In this document: piece by piece, positions 45,713 through 55,535 of the stretch
Layout of the letters: each line of letters starts with the position of its first letter
Numbering within the stretch: the stretch's first letter is position 1
Source of the DNA: an uncultured Oscillospiraceae bacterium
GTDB lineage: Bacteria > Bacillota > Clostridia > Oscillospirales > Oscillospiraceae
Reading direction: 5' to 3'
DNA length: 64,000 nucleotides
NCBI GenBank assembly: GCA_900757415.1
Contig: CAAENU010000214.1
Location: forward strand, 20,455-84,454
Notes under the pieces: generated by a model
The model's input: the letters and a program-made list of their open reading frames with translations, nothing else
Database searches by the model: none
What the model was told of the DNA's origin: nothing
Translations under genes and position numbers: made by a program

Positions 45713-46419
45713 TCCTTGTCTCTGAAATAAGCGCGGCGAACATCGGGAGACTCGCCGCCATCAAGCCGCAGCAGCAGCGGCGGCTCCACGCTCAGGCCGG
45801 GATTGCCGCCCCGGCGGCATTCCAGCAGCGCCAGCGCGGGGGCGCTTTGCGCCGTGTGCTGTACCAGCCGCAAGCGCTTTGGCTCCAGACCGTGGGCGGT
45901 TGCGGCGGCAAACAGAGCGGCAAGCCTGTCCGGCCGGTAGACCAGACAAAACCGACCGCCCCACTGCAGAAGCCGCTCCGCCGCGGCAAACACATCGTCG
46001 ATAGAGGCGGTCAGCTCCGCGCGGGCATCGCCGCGGGCACCGGCGGCCACCGCGCCCGCGTGGGGCGCAAAATAGGGCGGATTGGATACCGCCAGACGGA
46101 AGCGGCCTGCCGGCAGGGCTTCACGGTTTCGCAGGTCGGCGGCCAGCGGAATGAGAGGCATTTGATTGACGGCGGCATTGCGGGCCATCATGGCGCAGGC
46201 ATGGGCATCCCGCTCGATGCCGGTCACTGTCAGCGATGGCTCCCGCGCCAGAAGCAGCAGACCAAGCAGCCCTGCACCGGCCCCCAGATCGCAGACCGGC
46301 TCGCCGCGGCGCAGCGTGGGAAAGCTGCCCAGCAAAAAAGAGTCTGTCGATGGGGGAAAACACTGCGCATCATACAGGTATTGCGGCCCGCCGGGCCACA
46401 GGGCCTCTGAATGCTCCAT
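45709..46419 (-). CDS. tRNA1(Val) adenine-37 N6-methyltransferase family (YfiC/YabB-like)
   Basis: DLGAGAG, SNPPYF; adjacent to rsmI. Confidence 0.8.
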   Translation of the reverse strand: MEHSEALWPGGPQYLYDAQCFPPSTDSFLLGSFPTLRRGEPVCDLGAGAGLLGLLLLAREPSLTVTGIERDAHACAMMARNAAVNQMPLIPLAADLRNREALPAGRFRLAVSNPPYFAPHAGAVAAGARGDARAELTASIDDVFAAAERLLQWGGRFCLVYRPDRLAALFAAATAHGLEPKRLRLVQHTAQSAPALALLECRRGGNPGLSVEPPLLLRLDGGESPDVRRAYFRDKE

Positions 46420-46523
46420 GGACAGTCCTCCTCCCTATAAGTGCTGCCAGTATAGCACAGGAAGGGAAAACACGCAAGAAAAATGGCCGGTGCCTCAGCA
46501 CCGGCCATTTTTATGTACGCATT

Positions 46524-46697
46524 TTACTCAGCGGGGCTGATAGCGCCGTTGGGGCAGGTATCTGCGCAGGTGCCGCAATCCAGGCAAGCGCCAGCGTCGA
46601 TCACGTACTGGGAATCACCCTGGGAGATAGCGCCCACGGGGCAAGCGTCTGCGCAAGCGCCACAGCTGACGCAAGCGGAACTGATCTGATAAGCCAT
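46524..46697 (-). CDS. 2[4Fe-4S] ferredoxin
   Basis: Two CxxCxxCxxxCP motifs, 57 aa, GGAGG RBS. Confidence 0.95.
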   Translation of the reverse strand: MAYQISSACVSCGACADACPVGAISQGDSQYVIDAGACLDCGTCADTCPNGAISPAE

Positions 46698-46864
46698 TTT
46701 GAGTACCTCCATTAAGATTTGTCAACGATATTGTATCATGAAAATTAAAAAAAGCAAGTCCTTTCTATTCGGTTTTACCGCGAAAATTGTGGAAGCGCGC
46801 GAAATTGACACCATGTGGCCGATGTGTTAGAATCGGAATAAATCAATACAGGGAGGCCGTTGAG

Positions 46865-47686
46865 ATGGAATACACCTACGAATACTTTGCAAAAAGCGCC
46901 GAATATGTGAGAGAAAGACTGAATTTTCAGCCGGAGATCGGCATTATTCTCGGGTCGTCTCTGGGGCCGTTTGCCGCGCAGGTGGAAAACCCGGTGGTGA
47001 TCCCCTATGAGGATATCCCCCATTTTCTACGCTCCACCGTGGCCACCCATGCCGGGAAACTGATCTGCGGAACCATCGGAGGCAAGGGTGTGGTGTGTAT
47101 GTCGGGGCGGTTCCACTCCTATGAGGGGTATGATTTCCCGCAGCTGACGGCGCCCGTTCGCCTGTTCAAGCTGCTGGGCTGCAGGGCGGTGATCCTGACC
47201 AATGCCGCCGGCGGCGTGAACCTTGCCTATAAGCCGGGGGATATCATGATCATCAGCGACCAGATCATGTTCTCCGGCTGCTCGCCCATGCGGGGACCCA
47301 ATATCCCGGAGTTCGGCCCCCGGTTTTTCGACGTGCAGAAAATGTACAGTCCCCAGCTGCGGGCCATCGCCCGAGAGTGCGGGCGGGACAGCGGCCTGAC
47401 GTTTCATGAGGGATGCTATTTCTTCATGCAGGGGCCTCAGTTTGAGACGGCGGCGGAGATCCGAGCCATCCGCACGCTTGGCGGCGACGCGGTGGGCATG
47501 TCCACCGTTACCGAAGCGCTGACAGCGGCGCATTGCGGCTTGCCGTGTCTGGGTTTCTCCGTGATCACCAACATGGCAGCGGGGATTCTGGATCAGCCGC
47601 TTACCGACGAGGAGGTCAACGAGGTGGGACATCTGGTGGCGGACAATTTCAGCGCCTATCTGAAAAAAGTGCTGGCAAGGATGTGA
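46865..47686 (+). CDS. punA: Purine nucleoside phosphorylase (trimeric type)
   Basis: ILGSSLG, GRFHSYEG, TNAAGG, GPQFET, VGMST, ITNMA. Confidence 0.9.
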   Translation: MEYTYEYFAKSAEYVRERLNFQPEIGIILGSSLGPFAAQVENPVVIPYEDIPHFLRSTVATHAGKLICGTIGGKGVVCMSGRFHSYEGYDFPQLTAPVRLFKLLGCRAVILTNAAGGVNLAYKPGDIMIISDQIMFSGCSPMRGPNIPEFGPRFFDVQKMYSPQLRAIARECGRDSGLTFHEGCYFFMQGPQFETAAEIRAIRTLGGDAVGMSTVTEALTAAHCGLPCLGFSVITNMAAGILDQPLTDEEVNEVGHLVADNFSAYLKKVLARM

Positions 47687-47690
47687 ACAG

Positions 47691-48980
47691 ATGAAAACAC
47701 TGCTGAAAAACGCATGGATTTATACGCCTGGCGGTGTGATCCGGGGCGGCTGCCTGACGGTGGACGGCCCGACGATTGCCTATGTAGGCGCTGCGCGGCC
47801 GGAGGGCGAATTTGACAGGGAGAAGGATATGTCCGGCAAGCTGCTGCTGCCGGGACTGGTGAATGCCCATACCCACGCGGCCATGACGCTGCTGCGCGGC
47901 GTGGGTACGGATCTGCCGCTGCAAAAGTGGCTGTTTGACAGTGTGTTCCCTGTAGAGGCACGGCTGAGCGGCGAGGATATCCGGGCCGGAACGGCGCTGG
48001 CGCTGCTGGAGATGCTTGCGTGCGGCACCACCAGCTTTTCCGACATGTATTTCTTTTCACCGGAAACGGTGGCCCAGATCCGGGACAGCGGCATGAAGGC
48101 CAATCTATGCTACCCGGTGCAGGCCTTTGACCCAGCGGACACCTTTACGAAGAACGAGAGCGCCCGGAAGCAGGAGCGGCTGCACCGCGACTGGCACGGC
48201 GCCGGCGAGGGACGGATCCTTGTTGACGGCTGCCTGCACGCGGAATATACCTGCAACATGGATGTGGCGGCGGGCGTGGCGGCATGGAGCCGGGAAAACG
48301 GTTTGCGGATGCATATCCATCTGAGTGAAACGGAGCGTGAGCACCGGGAGTGCCTTGCCAAGTATGGAAAGACGCCGGCCCAGTGGATGGATGCGTTGGG
48401 GGTATTTGATGTACCCTGCGCCGCCGCCCACTGCGTGTGGGTGACGGAGGAGGACAGGAGACTGCTGCGGGCGAAAAGCGTCAGTGTGGCGCACAATCCC
48501 ACCAGCAACATGAAGCTGGGCAGCGGCTTTGCCCCCGTTCCGGAGCTGCTGGAAGAGGGCGTCAATGTGGCGCTGGGCACCGACGGCGCCGCCAGCAATA
48601 ACAATCTGAACATGCTGGAGGAAATGCATCTGGCCGCGGTCATCCATAATGGCTTCCGGCGGGATACCGCACTGATGACGGCCCGACAGGTGCTGGATAT
48701 GGCCACGCTTAACGGCGCAAGATTGCAGGGACGCGGCGATACCGGCACCATCGAGGTCGGAAAACGGGCGGATATTATGGCCATCGATCTGGACAGCCCC
48801 CATCTTTTTCCCCGTCTGGACACGGCGGGACTGGCGGTATACAGCGCTCAGGCCGCCGATGTGTGCATGACCATGGTGGATGGGCGGGTACTATACGAAA
48901 ACGGAGAATATCTGACACTGGATCGGGAGCGGATCCTGTGGGATGCCGAGGCCGCCGCAAAGCGGCTGTATGGCGCTTGA
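47691..48980 (+). CDS. mtaD: MTA/SAH deaminase-like amidohydrolase
   Basis: NAHTH, GTTSFSDMY, HIHLSET, AHCV, SNMKLGSG, GTDGAASNN. Confidence 0.8.
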   Translation: MKTLLKNAWIYTPGGVIRGGCLTVDGPTIAYVGAARPEGEFDREKDMSGKLLLPGLVNAHTHAAMTLLRGVGTDLPLQKWLFDSVFPVEARLSGEDIRAGTALALLEMLACGTTSFSDMYFFSPETVAQIRDSGMKANLCYPVQAFDPADTFTKNESARKQERLHRDWHGAGEGRILVDGCLHAEYTCNMDVAAGVAAWSRENGLRMHIHLSETEREHRECLAKYGKTPAQWMDALGVFDVPCAAAHCVWVTEEDRRLLRAKSVSVAHNPTSNMKLGSGFAPVPELLEEGVNVALGTDGAASNNNLNMLEEMHLAAVIHNGFRRDTALMTARQVLDMATLNGARLQGRGDTGTIEVGKRADIMAIDLDSPHLFPRLDTAGLAVYSAQAADVCMTMVDGRVLYENGEYLTLDRERILWDAEAAAKRLYGA

Positions 48981-48997
48981 GAGAGGAGAGAGCAAGA

Positions 48998-50065
48998 ATG
49001 GAACGGGCAGATCAGGGCCTTGCCTTTATGATGCGGTATGAAAATGTAGCGTGGTATGACAGCGGCGCGGTTCGCATTCTGGATCGCCGGGTGTATCCGC
49101 GCCGGGTGGAGTTTGTGACCTGCCGCACCCATGGCGAGGTGGCGCAGGCACTGCGGGATATGGTGACCCAGTCCACCGGGCCCTTTACCGCTGCCGCCAT
49201 GGGTATGGCGTTGGCGGCACATGAGTGCCGCGATCTGCCGAAGGAGCGGCAAATCGCCTATTTGGAGCAGGCCATGGATGTGATCTCCCACGCGCGGCCC
49301 ACCACGGTGGGGCGGATGCAGCTGATCTGCGGCGGCTGTCTGGAGGCAGCCAAGGCCGCGCTGGAACGCGGCGTGGATGATGTGGCGCTGGCCATCCGGG
49401 ACTATACGGTGCAGACCAATAACCGCCGCTATAGCCGCGTGGGGCAGATGGCGGCCCATCTGGTGGAAAAATTTCCTGATAACGGCACGGTCATGACCCA
49501 GTGCTTCGGGGAGACCATTGTGGCGATGATGCTGAAAAAGTGCCGGGAGCAGGGAAAGACTATCCGGCTGTTCTGCCCGGAAACGCGGCCCTATTTTCAG
49601 GGAGCGCGGCTGACGGCCACCGTGTGCCGGGATATGGGCTTTGACGTGACAGTGATCACCGACAATATGCCGGCCTATGTGATGCAGCATGAGCATGTGG
49701 ATGTATTTACCTGCGCGGCCGACGCCATCTGCTGCGACGGCTATGTGGTCAATAAGGTGGGTACCTTTCAGATTGCCATTGCCGCCAATTATCTTGGCGT
49801 GCCCGTCTATATCAGCGGCATCCCCGACAAGGGCCAGCCCACGGTGGACAGCGTGCATATCGAAATGCGGGATCCCAGCTTTACGCTGGAGGCCATGGGG
49901 GTGAAGACCGCCGCGGATGGGGTCAAGGGGTACTATCCCGCCTTTGACATCACGCCGCCGCAGCTGATCCGCGGCGTGGCGACGGATCTGGGGATCTACT
50001 CCCCCTATGAACTGCGGGAGTATCTGGCGGTCAGTAAATTGGGGTCGTATGAGATGGTGATCTGA
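48998..50065 (+). CDS. mtnA: Methylthioribose-1-phosphate isomerase-like (eIF2B family)
   Basis: ILDRR, ARPT, ETRPYFQGARLT, NKVGT, YPAFDITP. Confidence 0.85.
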   Translation: MERADQGLAFMMRYENVAWYDSGAVRILDRRVYPRRVEFVTCRTHGEVAQALRDMVTQSTGPFTAAAMGMALAAHECRDLPKERQIAYLEQAMDVISHARPTTVGRMQLICGGCLEAAKAALERGVDDVALAIRDYTVQTNNRRYSRVGQMAAHLVEKFPDNGTVMTQCFGETIVAMMLKKCREQGKTIRLFCPETRPYFQGARLTATVCRDMGFDVTVITDNMPAYVMQHEHVDVFTCAADAICCDGYVVNKVGTFQIAIAANYLGVPVYISGIPDKGQPTVDSVHIEMRDPSFTLEAMGVKTAADGVKGYYPAFDITPPQLIRGVATDLGIYSPYELREYLAVSKLGSYEMVI

Positions 50066-50107
50066 CATACAAAATGATCGTTTAATAATTGGAGGAGGGG
50101 AGACAAA

Positions 50108-50713
50108 ATGGAGTATTCCCACAAGGAATTGCGGCAGGAAATGGTGGATATCTGCCTGGAATCACTGCATGAGGGCCTGTTTACCGGCACCAGCGGCAAC
50201 CTCAGCGTGTCGTTGGGCGACGGCACGATGCTGATCACCCCCACCTCGGTGCGCTATACGGTGATGCGCCCGGTGGACATCGTGCGCTGCGATCTGGACG
50301 GCCATGTGCTGGAGGGGGAGCTGAGGCCCTCCAGCGAGTGGCGGATGCACGCGGAGGTCTATCGGGCCTGCCCACAGCTGGGTGCCCTTTTCCATACCCA
50401 TTCGCCGTATGCCACTGCCTTTGCGGTGGTGCACAGGCCGATCCCGCCGGTGCTGATCGAGACGCAGATCTTTCTGGGCGGCGAGGTGGCATGCGCGGCA
50501 TATGCGCCGCCGGGCACCCGCGCTGTGGGCGAAAACGCCGTACCCTGCCTGCGGGACGGACGGGGCGGCTGCCTGCTGAACAACCACGGCGTGCTGGCGG
50601 TGGGGAAAGATCTCAATGAGGCCCGCACCCGCGCCCAGTATATTGAGGACAGCGCCCGGATCTATTACTATGCGATGCAGGTGGGTGAACCGGTGGTACT
50701 GGAACAGCTGTAA
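50108..50713 (+). CDS. Class II aldolase (FucA/Ald2-like)
   Basis: GTSGNLS, PSSEWRMH, HTHS, NHG. Confidence 0.88.
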   Translation: MEYSHKELRQEMVDICLESLHEGLFTGTSGNLSVSLGDGTMLITPTSVRYTVMRPVDIVRCDLDGHVLEGELRPSSEWRMHAEVYRACPQLGALFHTHSPYATAFAVVHRPIPPVLIETQIFLGGEVACAAYAPPGTRAVGENAVPCLRDGRGGCLLNNHGVLAVGKDLNEARTRAQYIEDSARIYYYAMQVGEPVVLEQL

Positions 50714-50840
50714 TGTCGAAGCTTTCGCTCTTTCGGCAGGGGGCGATGTCCACATCCCCCCCTGCCAAGCGTAATGTCCCGTAAAAAAAGAAAATCCGTG
50801 CCAGATCAGCACGGATTTTCTTTTTTAAATGGTTGTTTAC

Positions 50841-51587
50841 TTAACGGATTCCTGCCCAGACGGCCAGAATTCCTACGACTTCACGGCAGGCATAGCCGGC
50901 CCCCAGAAACCAGGGACTGAAGCAGCCGGCGGATTGCGGCGTCAGCCCCGCCTGCCGGGCAAACAGCTGCCCACGGTACTGATGAAAATTGTCGCTGGCG
51001 ATGACCACATGGGTGTCCAGTCCGTTTTCGCGGATGATCGCAGCGGCAAACAGCAGATTCTCGCGGGTATCGAAGGATTTTTCCTCGGCGTAGATCCTTG
51101 ACGGGTCGATGCCCATGGCAATCAGCTCGAGGGCGGCGCAGCCGCCCTCGGTATAAGGCTCATCGCGGCTGTCCAGCCCGCCGGTGGTGACGCATACCGC
51201 GTCGGGATGGGCGGTCAGGTAATTGTAAGCAGCCTGAATCCGGCCTTGCAGCATCATGCTGGGGCGGCCGTGATAAACCTGACAGCCCAGCAGCACCACC
51301 GTCTGCGGCGCATCCGCAGTGTCGGGGGGCCGATTGGCGGCGGCAAGACCCATGACGGCAAAGACCGACAGGGCCACAGCCAGCACAAGGCTGACACCGG
51401 CGGACAGAATACCCTTCAGCCATTTGGGAAGACGGCGGAAAAAGTTGGGAAAAAAGCAACGCCCCGCCGCCAACAGCAGCAGCGCCGCCGGCCAGAACAT
51501 GCCGATATGGCATACGCCGATGCTCAGCGGTATGAGAAAATAGGCTGCGCCCAGCAGGGAAATAACGCCAAGAATTGGTAACAGCAT
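50841..51587 (-). CDS. YdcF/ElyC (DUF218) family membrane protein
   Basis: VLLG, TGG, EEKS.DTREN, SDNFH, RE motifs. Confidence 0.85.
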   Translation of the reverse strand: MLLPILGVISLLGAAYFLIPLSIGVCHIGMFWPAALLLLAAGRCFFPNFFRRLPKWLKGILSAGVSLVLAVALSVFAVMGLAAANRPPDTADAPQTVVLLGCQVYHGRPSMMLQGRIQAAYNYLTAHPDAVCVTTGGLDSRDEPYTEGGCAALELIAMGIDPSRIYAEEKSFDTRENLLFAAAIIRENGLDTHVVIASDNFHQYRGQLFARQAGLTPQSAGCFSPWFLGAGYACREVVGILAVWAGIR

Positions 51588-51592
51588 AGCAA

Positions 51593-52207
51593 TCAGTTCT
51601 CCGCAATGTGGTTGGCAATGCGCTGCATGATCATGTCCAGCGCCACCAGATTGTGTCCGCCCTCCAGCACAATGATGTCGGCATATTTGCGGGTAGGCTC
51701 CACAAACTGCTCATGCATGGGCTTCACGGTGGTCAGATACTGGGTCACCACCGATTCCAGCGAGCGGCCCCGCTCCTCCACGTCCCGCAGGGCGCGGCGC
51801 AGAATGCGCACATCGGCGTCGGTCTCCACAAAGATCTTGATATCCAGCAGATCACGCAGCGCTTTGTTCTGAAAGATGAGGATCCCCTCTACGATCACCA
51901 CCTTGGTGGGGCGGATCTCCACCGTTTCATCGGTGCGGTTGTGGATGGAATAGTCATATACCGGGCAGTGGATGGTCTTTCCCTGCTTCAGCGCCTTCAG
52001 ATCCTCGATCCTCAGCTCCGTATCAAACGCGTCGGGGTGGTCGTAATTCTGAAGGCAGCGCTCGGCAAAGGGGCGATCCTGCCGCTTGTAGTAATTATCG
52101 TGGTGTACCACGCTGATATCTCCGCCAAAACGCTGGGCCAGATGTTCCGTCAGGGTGGTTTTTCCGCTGCCGGTGCCGCCGGCAATGCCGATCATAATGG
52201 TGTTCAT
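51593..52207 (-). CDS. udk: Uridine kinase
   Basis: GIAGGTGSGKTT, NYDHPDAFD, RDVEERGR. Confidence 0.95.
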   Translation of the reverse strand: MNTIMIGIAGGTGSGKTTLTEHLAQRFGGDISVVHHDNYYKRQDRPFAERCLQNYDHPDAFDTELRIEDLKALKQGKTIHCPVYDYSIHNRTDETVEIRPTKVVIVEGILIFQNKALRDLLDIKIFVETDADVRILRRALRDVEERGRSLESVVTQYLTTVKPMHEQFVEPTRKYADIIVLEGGHNLVALDMIMQRIANHIAEN

Positions 52208-52393
52208 AAGGGGCGCCTCCCGTATAGTGTTCCCCTTTATTATAGAAAGTCATCCGGGGAAAAGCAAGGAAAGATGTAAAAAAATGATGAATTTCCAGCA
52301 ATTTCAGTTGACGCGGCGGCCGCTTTTGAGGTATCATAGAACAGTATTATCAAGAGTATGTCCGAAACCATGTCCTCGGAGGGGAGTATCCAT

Positions 52394-53404
52394 ATGAGCC
52401 TGATCAAGTGTAATAAGTGCGGAGAAATGTTCTCCGATAGCTATAAAAGCTGCCCTTTCTGCGCAGAAGATGAAGAATACTACAACGGTAAAGTGAAAAA
52501 GCGGGGCCACCGCCAGGTGGAGAAAAAGAAAAAGACGCCCAGCGTGCTTGGCCCTGTGCTGGTGCTGATCCTGGTGCTGCTGGCGGGCATTCTGGTGTGG
52601 TCCTTTGCCGGCGACACCGTAAAGGGCTGGTTCGGCGGCGGAAAGACGGCGGCCGATGATGCCAATCCCGGCACCACACAGCAGGAGCCTGACAATCAGC
52701 CGGACGACAACACCGCCAATGAGCCGGTTTCCACCGAGCTGGCGCTGGATCACATGACGCTGATGCTGGCACCGGAGGAGACAGCCAAGCTGACCGCCAG
52801 CGGCGGCAGCGGTGAGGGATATCAGTGGATCACCAGCGACGCCGCCATTCTGAAGGTGTCTGACGACGGTACCGTGACGGCAGTGGCCGAGGGCAGCGCC
52901 GTGGTAACGGTGACCTGCGGCGAGGAGAGCGTAGCCTGCGCTGTGACCGTGAAGGCCAACGCCGACGCCAACACCGGCAGCAATACGACCACCGGCGGCA
53001 ACACCGGAACGACCGGCAACACTGGCAATACCGGGAATACCGGTAACACCGGGACCACCGGCGGCAACACCACCGGAGGCACGACTACCGGCGGCAATAC
53101 CGGCACGAATACGGGGACCACTACCGGCGGCACCACGCTGAAGGACGTGAAGATCTCCACCATTTACGGCACCACGCTGGACAAGGATGAAAACGGGCGC
53201 TTCGACCTGACGCTGCGCAAGGGCGAGGCCTGCGAACTGACGCTGGAGGGCGTCAGCGGCAGCGCCACCTGGAGCACCCAGAACAGCGGCATTGCCACCG
53301 TGTCCAACAGCGGCAATGTGGAGGGCGTCAGCAGCGGCGAGACCATCGTTACCGCCAAGGTGGGAAGCGGCACGGTGGAGATCCGTGTGCGCGTGAATAA
53401 CTGA
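52394..53404 (+). CDS. Membrane-anchored protein: N-terminal Zn ribbon, TM helix, two Ig-like (Big_2-type) domains with a Gly/Asn/Thr linker
   Basis: CNKC..CPFC, hydrophobic segment, W.TSDAAILKVS..G and WSTQNSGIATVS..G repeats. Confidence 0.75.
   Translation: MSLIKCNKCGEMFSDSYKSCPFCAEDEEYYNGKVKKRGHRQVEKKKKTPSVLGPVLVLILVLLAGILVWSFAGDTVKGWFGGGKTAADDANPGTTQQEPDNQPDDNTANEPVSTELALDHMTLMLAPEETAKLTASGGSGEGYQWITSDAAILKVSDDGTVTAVAEGSAVVTVTCGEESVACAVTVKANADANTGSNTTTGGNTGTTGNTGNTGNTGNTGTTGGNTTGGTTTGGNTGTNTGTTTGGTTLKDVKISTIYGTTLDKDENGRFDLTLRKGEACELTLEGVSGSATWSTQNSGIATVSNSGNVEGVSSGETIVTAKVGSGTVEIRVRVNN
52970..53135 (+). repeat. Coding low-complexity GNT/TTGG repeat
   Basis: Tandem ACCGGCAAC-like 9-mers encoding GNTGTTGNTGNTG... 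Confidence 0.7.
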
Positions 53405-53572
53405 GATAACAGAATAGTTCAGGAGGGCAGCGGTCATTGGCCGCTGCCCTTTTGCCTAAAGGGCGGCGCAACGCGGGGAAAACGGCGCTTTTCCCTGTGC
53501 CGCCGCCTTGTCAAGTACCGGGATGTGTGGTATAATCAATGCTGGAGAATTATCAACAGAAAGGGAACGGAT

Positions 53573-55345
53573 ATGACCACACAGGAATATCGGACCCGCG
53601 GGCCGCTGCGGATCTTTGTCAGCTATTTTAAACCGCATTGGAAGCTCTTTACGCTGGATATGAGCTGCGCCATTCTGATCGCCGCGGTGGATCTGGCGTT
53701 CCCGCTGGTGTCCCGGGCGGCGCTGTATCAGTGGCTGCCGGAGAAGAACTACCGGGTGTTTTTTACCGCTATGGCCATTGTAGCGCTGGCCTTTGTGCTG
53801 CGCGCGGGACTGTACTATATTGTGACCTATTGGGGCCATACCTTCGGCATCCGGGTGGAGGCGGATATCCGCAGGGATCTTTTTCATCATATGCAGATGC
53901 TGGGTTTTGATTTCTATGACCGCAATCGCACGGGCCAGCTGATGAGCCGCCTGACCACCGACCTTTTTGAACTGACGGAGCTGGCCCACCACGGGCCGGA
54001 GGATCTGACTATTTCGCTGATCACCATTGTGGGCGCGCTGGCGGTAATGTTTACGCTGGAGTGGCGCATGGCCCTGATTGTGATGATCATCATCCCGGTG
54101 TTTCTGGTGGTGCTGATGCTGCTGCGGGGCGGCATGAGCCGCGCTTCCGTGGCAGCCAAGCAGAAAACCGGTGCCATCAACGCGGAGATCGAGTCAGGAC
54201 TCAGCGGCATCCGCACCGTGAAGGCCTTTGGCAATGAGACGATCCAGCAGCAGCGCTTTGACTGCGCCAATGAGACCTTTAAAACGGCCAAGCGGGGCTT
54301 TCACCGGGAGATGGGACGTTTTAACGCCACCATGGAGCTGTTTGTCACGCTGCTGAATGCGGCGGTGATCACCGGCGGCGGCTGGCTGATGATGGACGGG
54401 CGTATGGACTATGTGGATCTGATTACCTTCAGCCTGTATATCACCACATTTATAACGCCGGTGCGCAAGCTGGCCAACTTTGCCGAGCTTTTTTCCAACG
54501 GCTTTGCGGGACTGCACCGCTTTATCGAACTGATGGGCACAGAACCCACCATTGCGGATGCGCCGGACGCCGTGCCCGTGGAGCGGGTGCAGGGTGCCGT
54601 GGATGTGAAGAACGTCAGCTTTACCTACGACGGCGCCGAAGAGGTACTGCACCATGTGGAGCTGCATGTCCGCGTGGGTGAGACGGTGGCCGTGGTGGGG
54701 CCGTCCGGCGGAGGAAAGTCCACCCTGTGCCAGCTGATTCCGCGGTTTTACGATGTGACGGAGGGCGAGATCGATATTGACGGCGTGGACGTGCGGCGGA
54801 TCCGGTTGGAAGATCTGCGCAGGGCGGTAGGCGTTGTGCAGCAGGATGTATTCCTGTTTGCCGATACCGTGCGGGAGAATATCCGTTACGGCCGCCCCGG
54901 CGCCACCGACGCGGAGGTGGAGGATGCCGCCCGCCGTGCCGAGATCTACGACGACATTCTGGCCATGCCCGCAGGCTTTGACACCTATGTGGGAGAGCGG
55001 GGTACGCTGCTCTCCGGCGGACAGAAGCAGCGCGTGGCCATTGCCCGGGTCTTTTTGAAGGATCCGCCCATCCTGATTCTGGATGAGGCTACCTCGGCGC
55101 TGGACAGCGTAACAGAGGCCAGGATCCAGCACGCCTTTGACCAACTGGCAGCGGGACGAACCACGCTGATCATTGCCCATCGGCTGAGCACCATCCGCAA
55201 TGCCGACCGTATTCTGGTGGTGCAGGACGGCTGTATCACCGAGCAGGGCGACCATGAAACACTTTTAGCACAGCAAGGGTCCTACGCCCGGCTGTACCAT
55301 ACACAGAATTTGGGGGACTATCACTATGAAGCAGGAACGAATTGA
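53573..55345 (+). CDS. ABC exporter, fused permease/ATPase
   Basis: TM domain, GPSGGGKST, LSGGQKQR, ILDEATS, IAHRLST. Confidence 0.92.
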   Translation: MTTQEYRTRGPLRIFVSYFKPHWKLFTLDMSCAILIAAVDLAFPLVSRAALYQWLPEKNYRVFFTAMAIVALAFVLRAGLYYIVTYWGHTFGIRVEADIRRDLFHHMQMLGFDFYDRNRTGQLMSRLTTDLFELTELAHHGPEDLTISLITIVGALAVMFTLEWRMALIVMIIIPVFLVVLMLLRGGMSRASVAAKQKTGAINAEIESGLSGIRTVKAFGNETIQQQRFDCANETFKTAKRGFHREMGRFNATMELFVTLLNAAVITGGGWLMMDGRMDYVDLITFSLYITTFITPVRKLANFAELFSNGFAGLHRFIELMGTEPTIADAPDAVPVERVQGAVDVKNVSFTYDGAEEVLHHVELHVRVGETVAVVGPSGGGKSTLCQLIPRFYDVTEGEIDIDGVDVRRIRLEDLRRAVGVVQQDVFLFADTVRENIRYGRPGATDAEVEDAARRAEIYDDILAMPAGFDTYVGERGTLLSGGQKQRVAIARVFLKDPPILILDEATSALDSVTEARIQHAFDQLAAGRTTLIIAHRLSTIRNADRILVVQDGCITEQGDHETLLAQQGSYARLYHTQNLGDYHYEAGTN

Positions 55346-55535
55346 TCGGATCAATGAGCTGGCCCGCAAGGCGAAGGCCGATGGATTGAGCGTGGAAGAG
55401 GAGGCCGAGCGGGAAGCGCTGCGGCTGGAATATAAGGAGGCCGTTCTGGCCAGCCTGCGCAGCCATCTGGAGAACACATGGATTGTGGATGAAAAGGGCA
55501 ACAAGCGGAAGCTGAAACCCAAGGGGGAGAAATAA
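55326..55535 (+). CDS. DUF896/UPF0291 (YnzC-like) protein
   Basis: IDRINELARKAK...LRLEY...IVDEKGN. Confidence 0.88.
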   Translation: MKQERIDRINELARKAKADGLSVEEEAEREALRLEYKEAVLASLRSHLENTWIVDEKGNKRKLKPKGEK

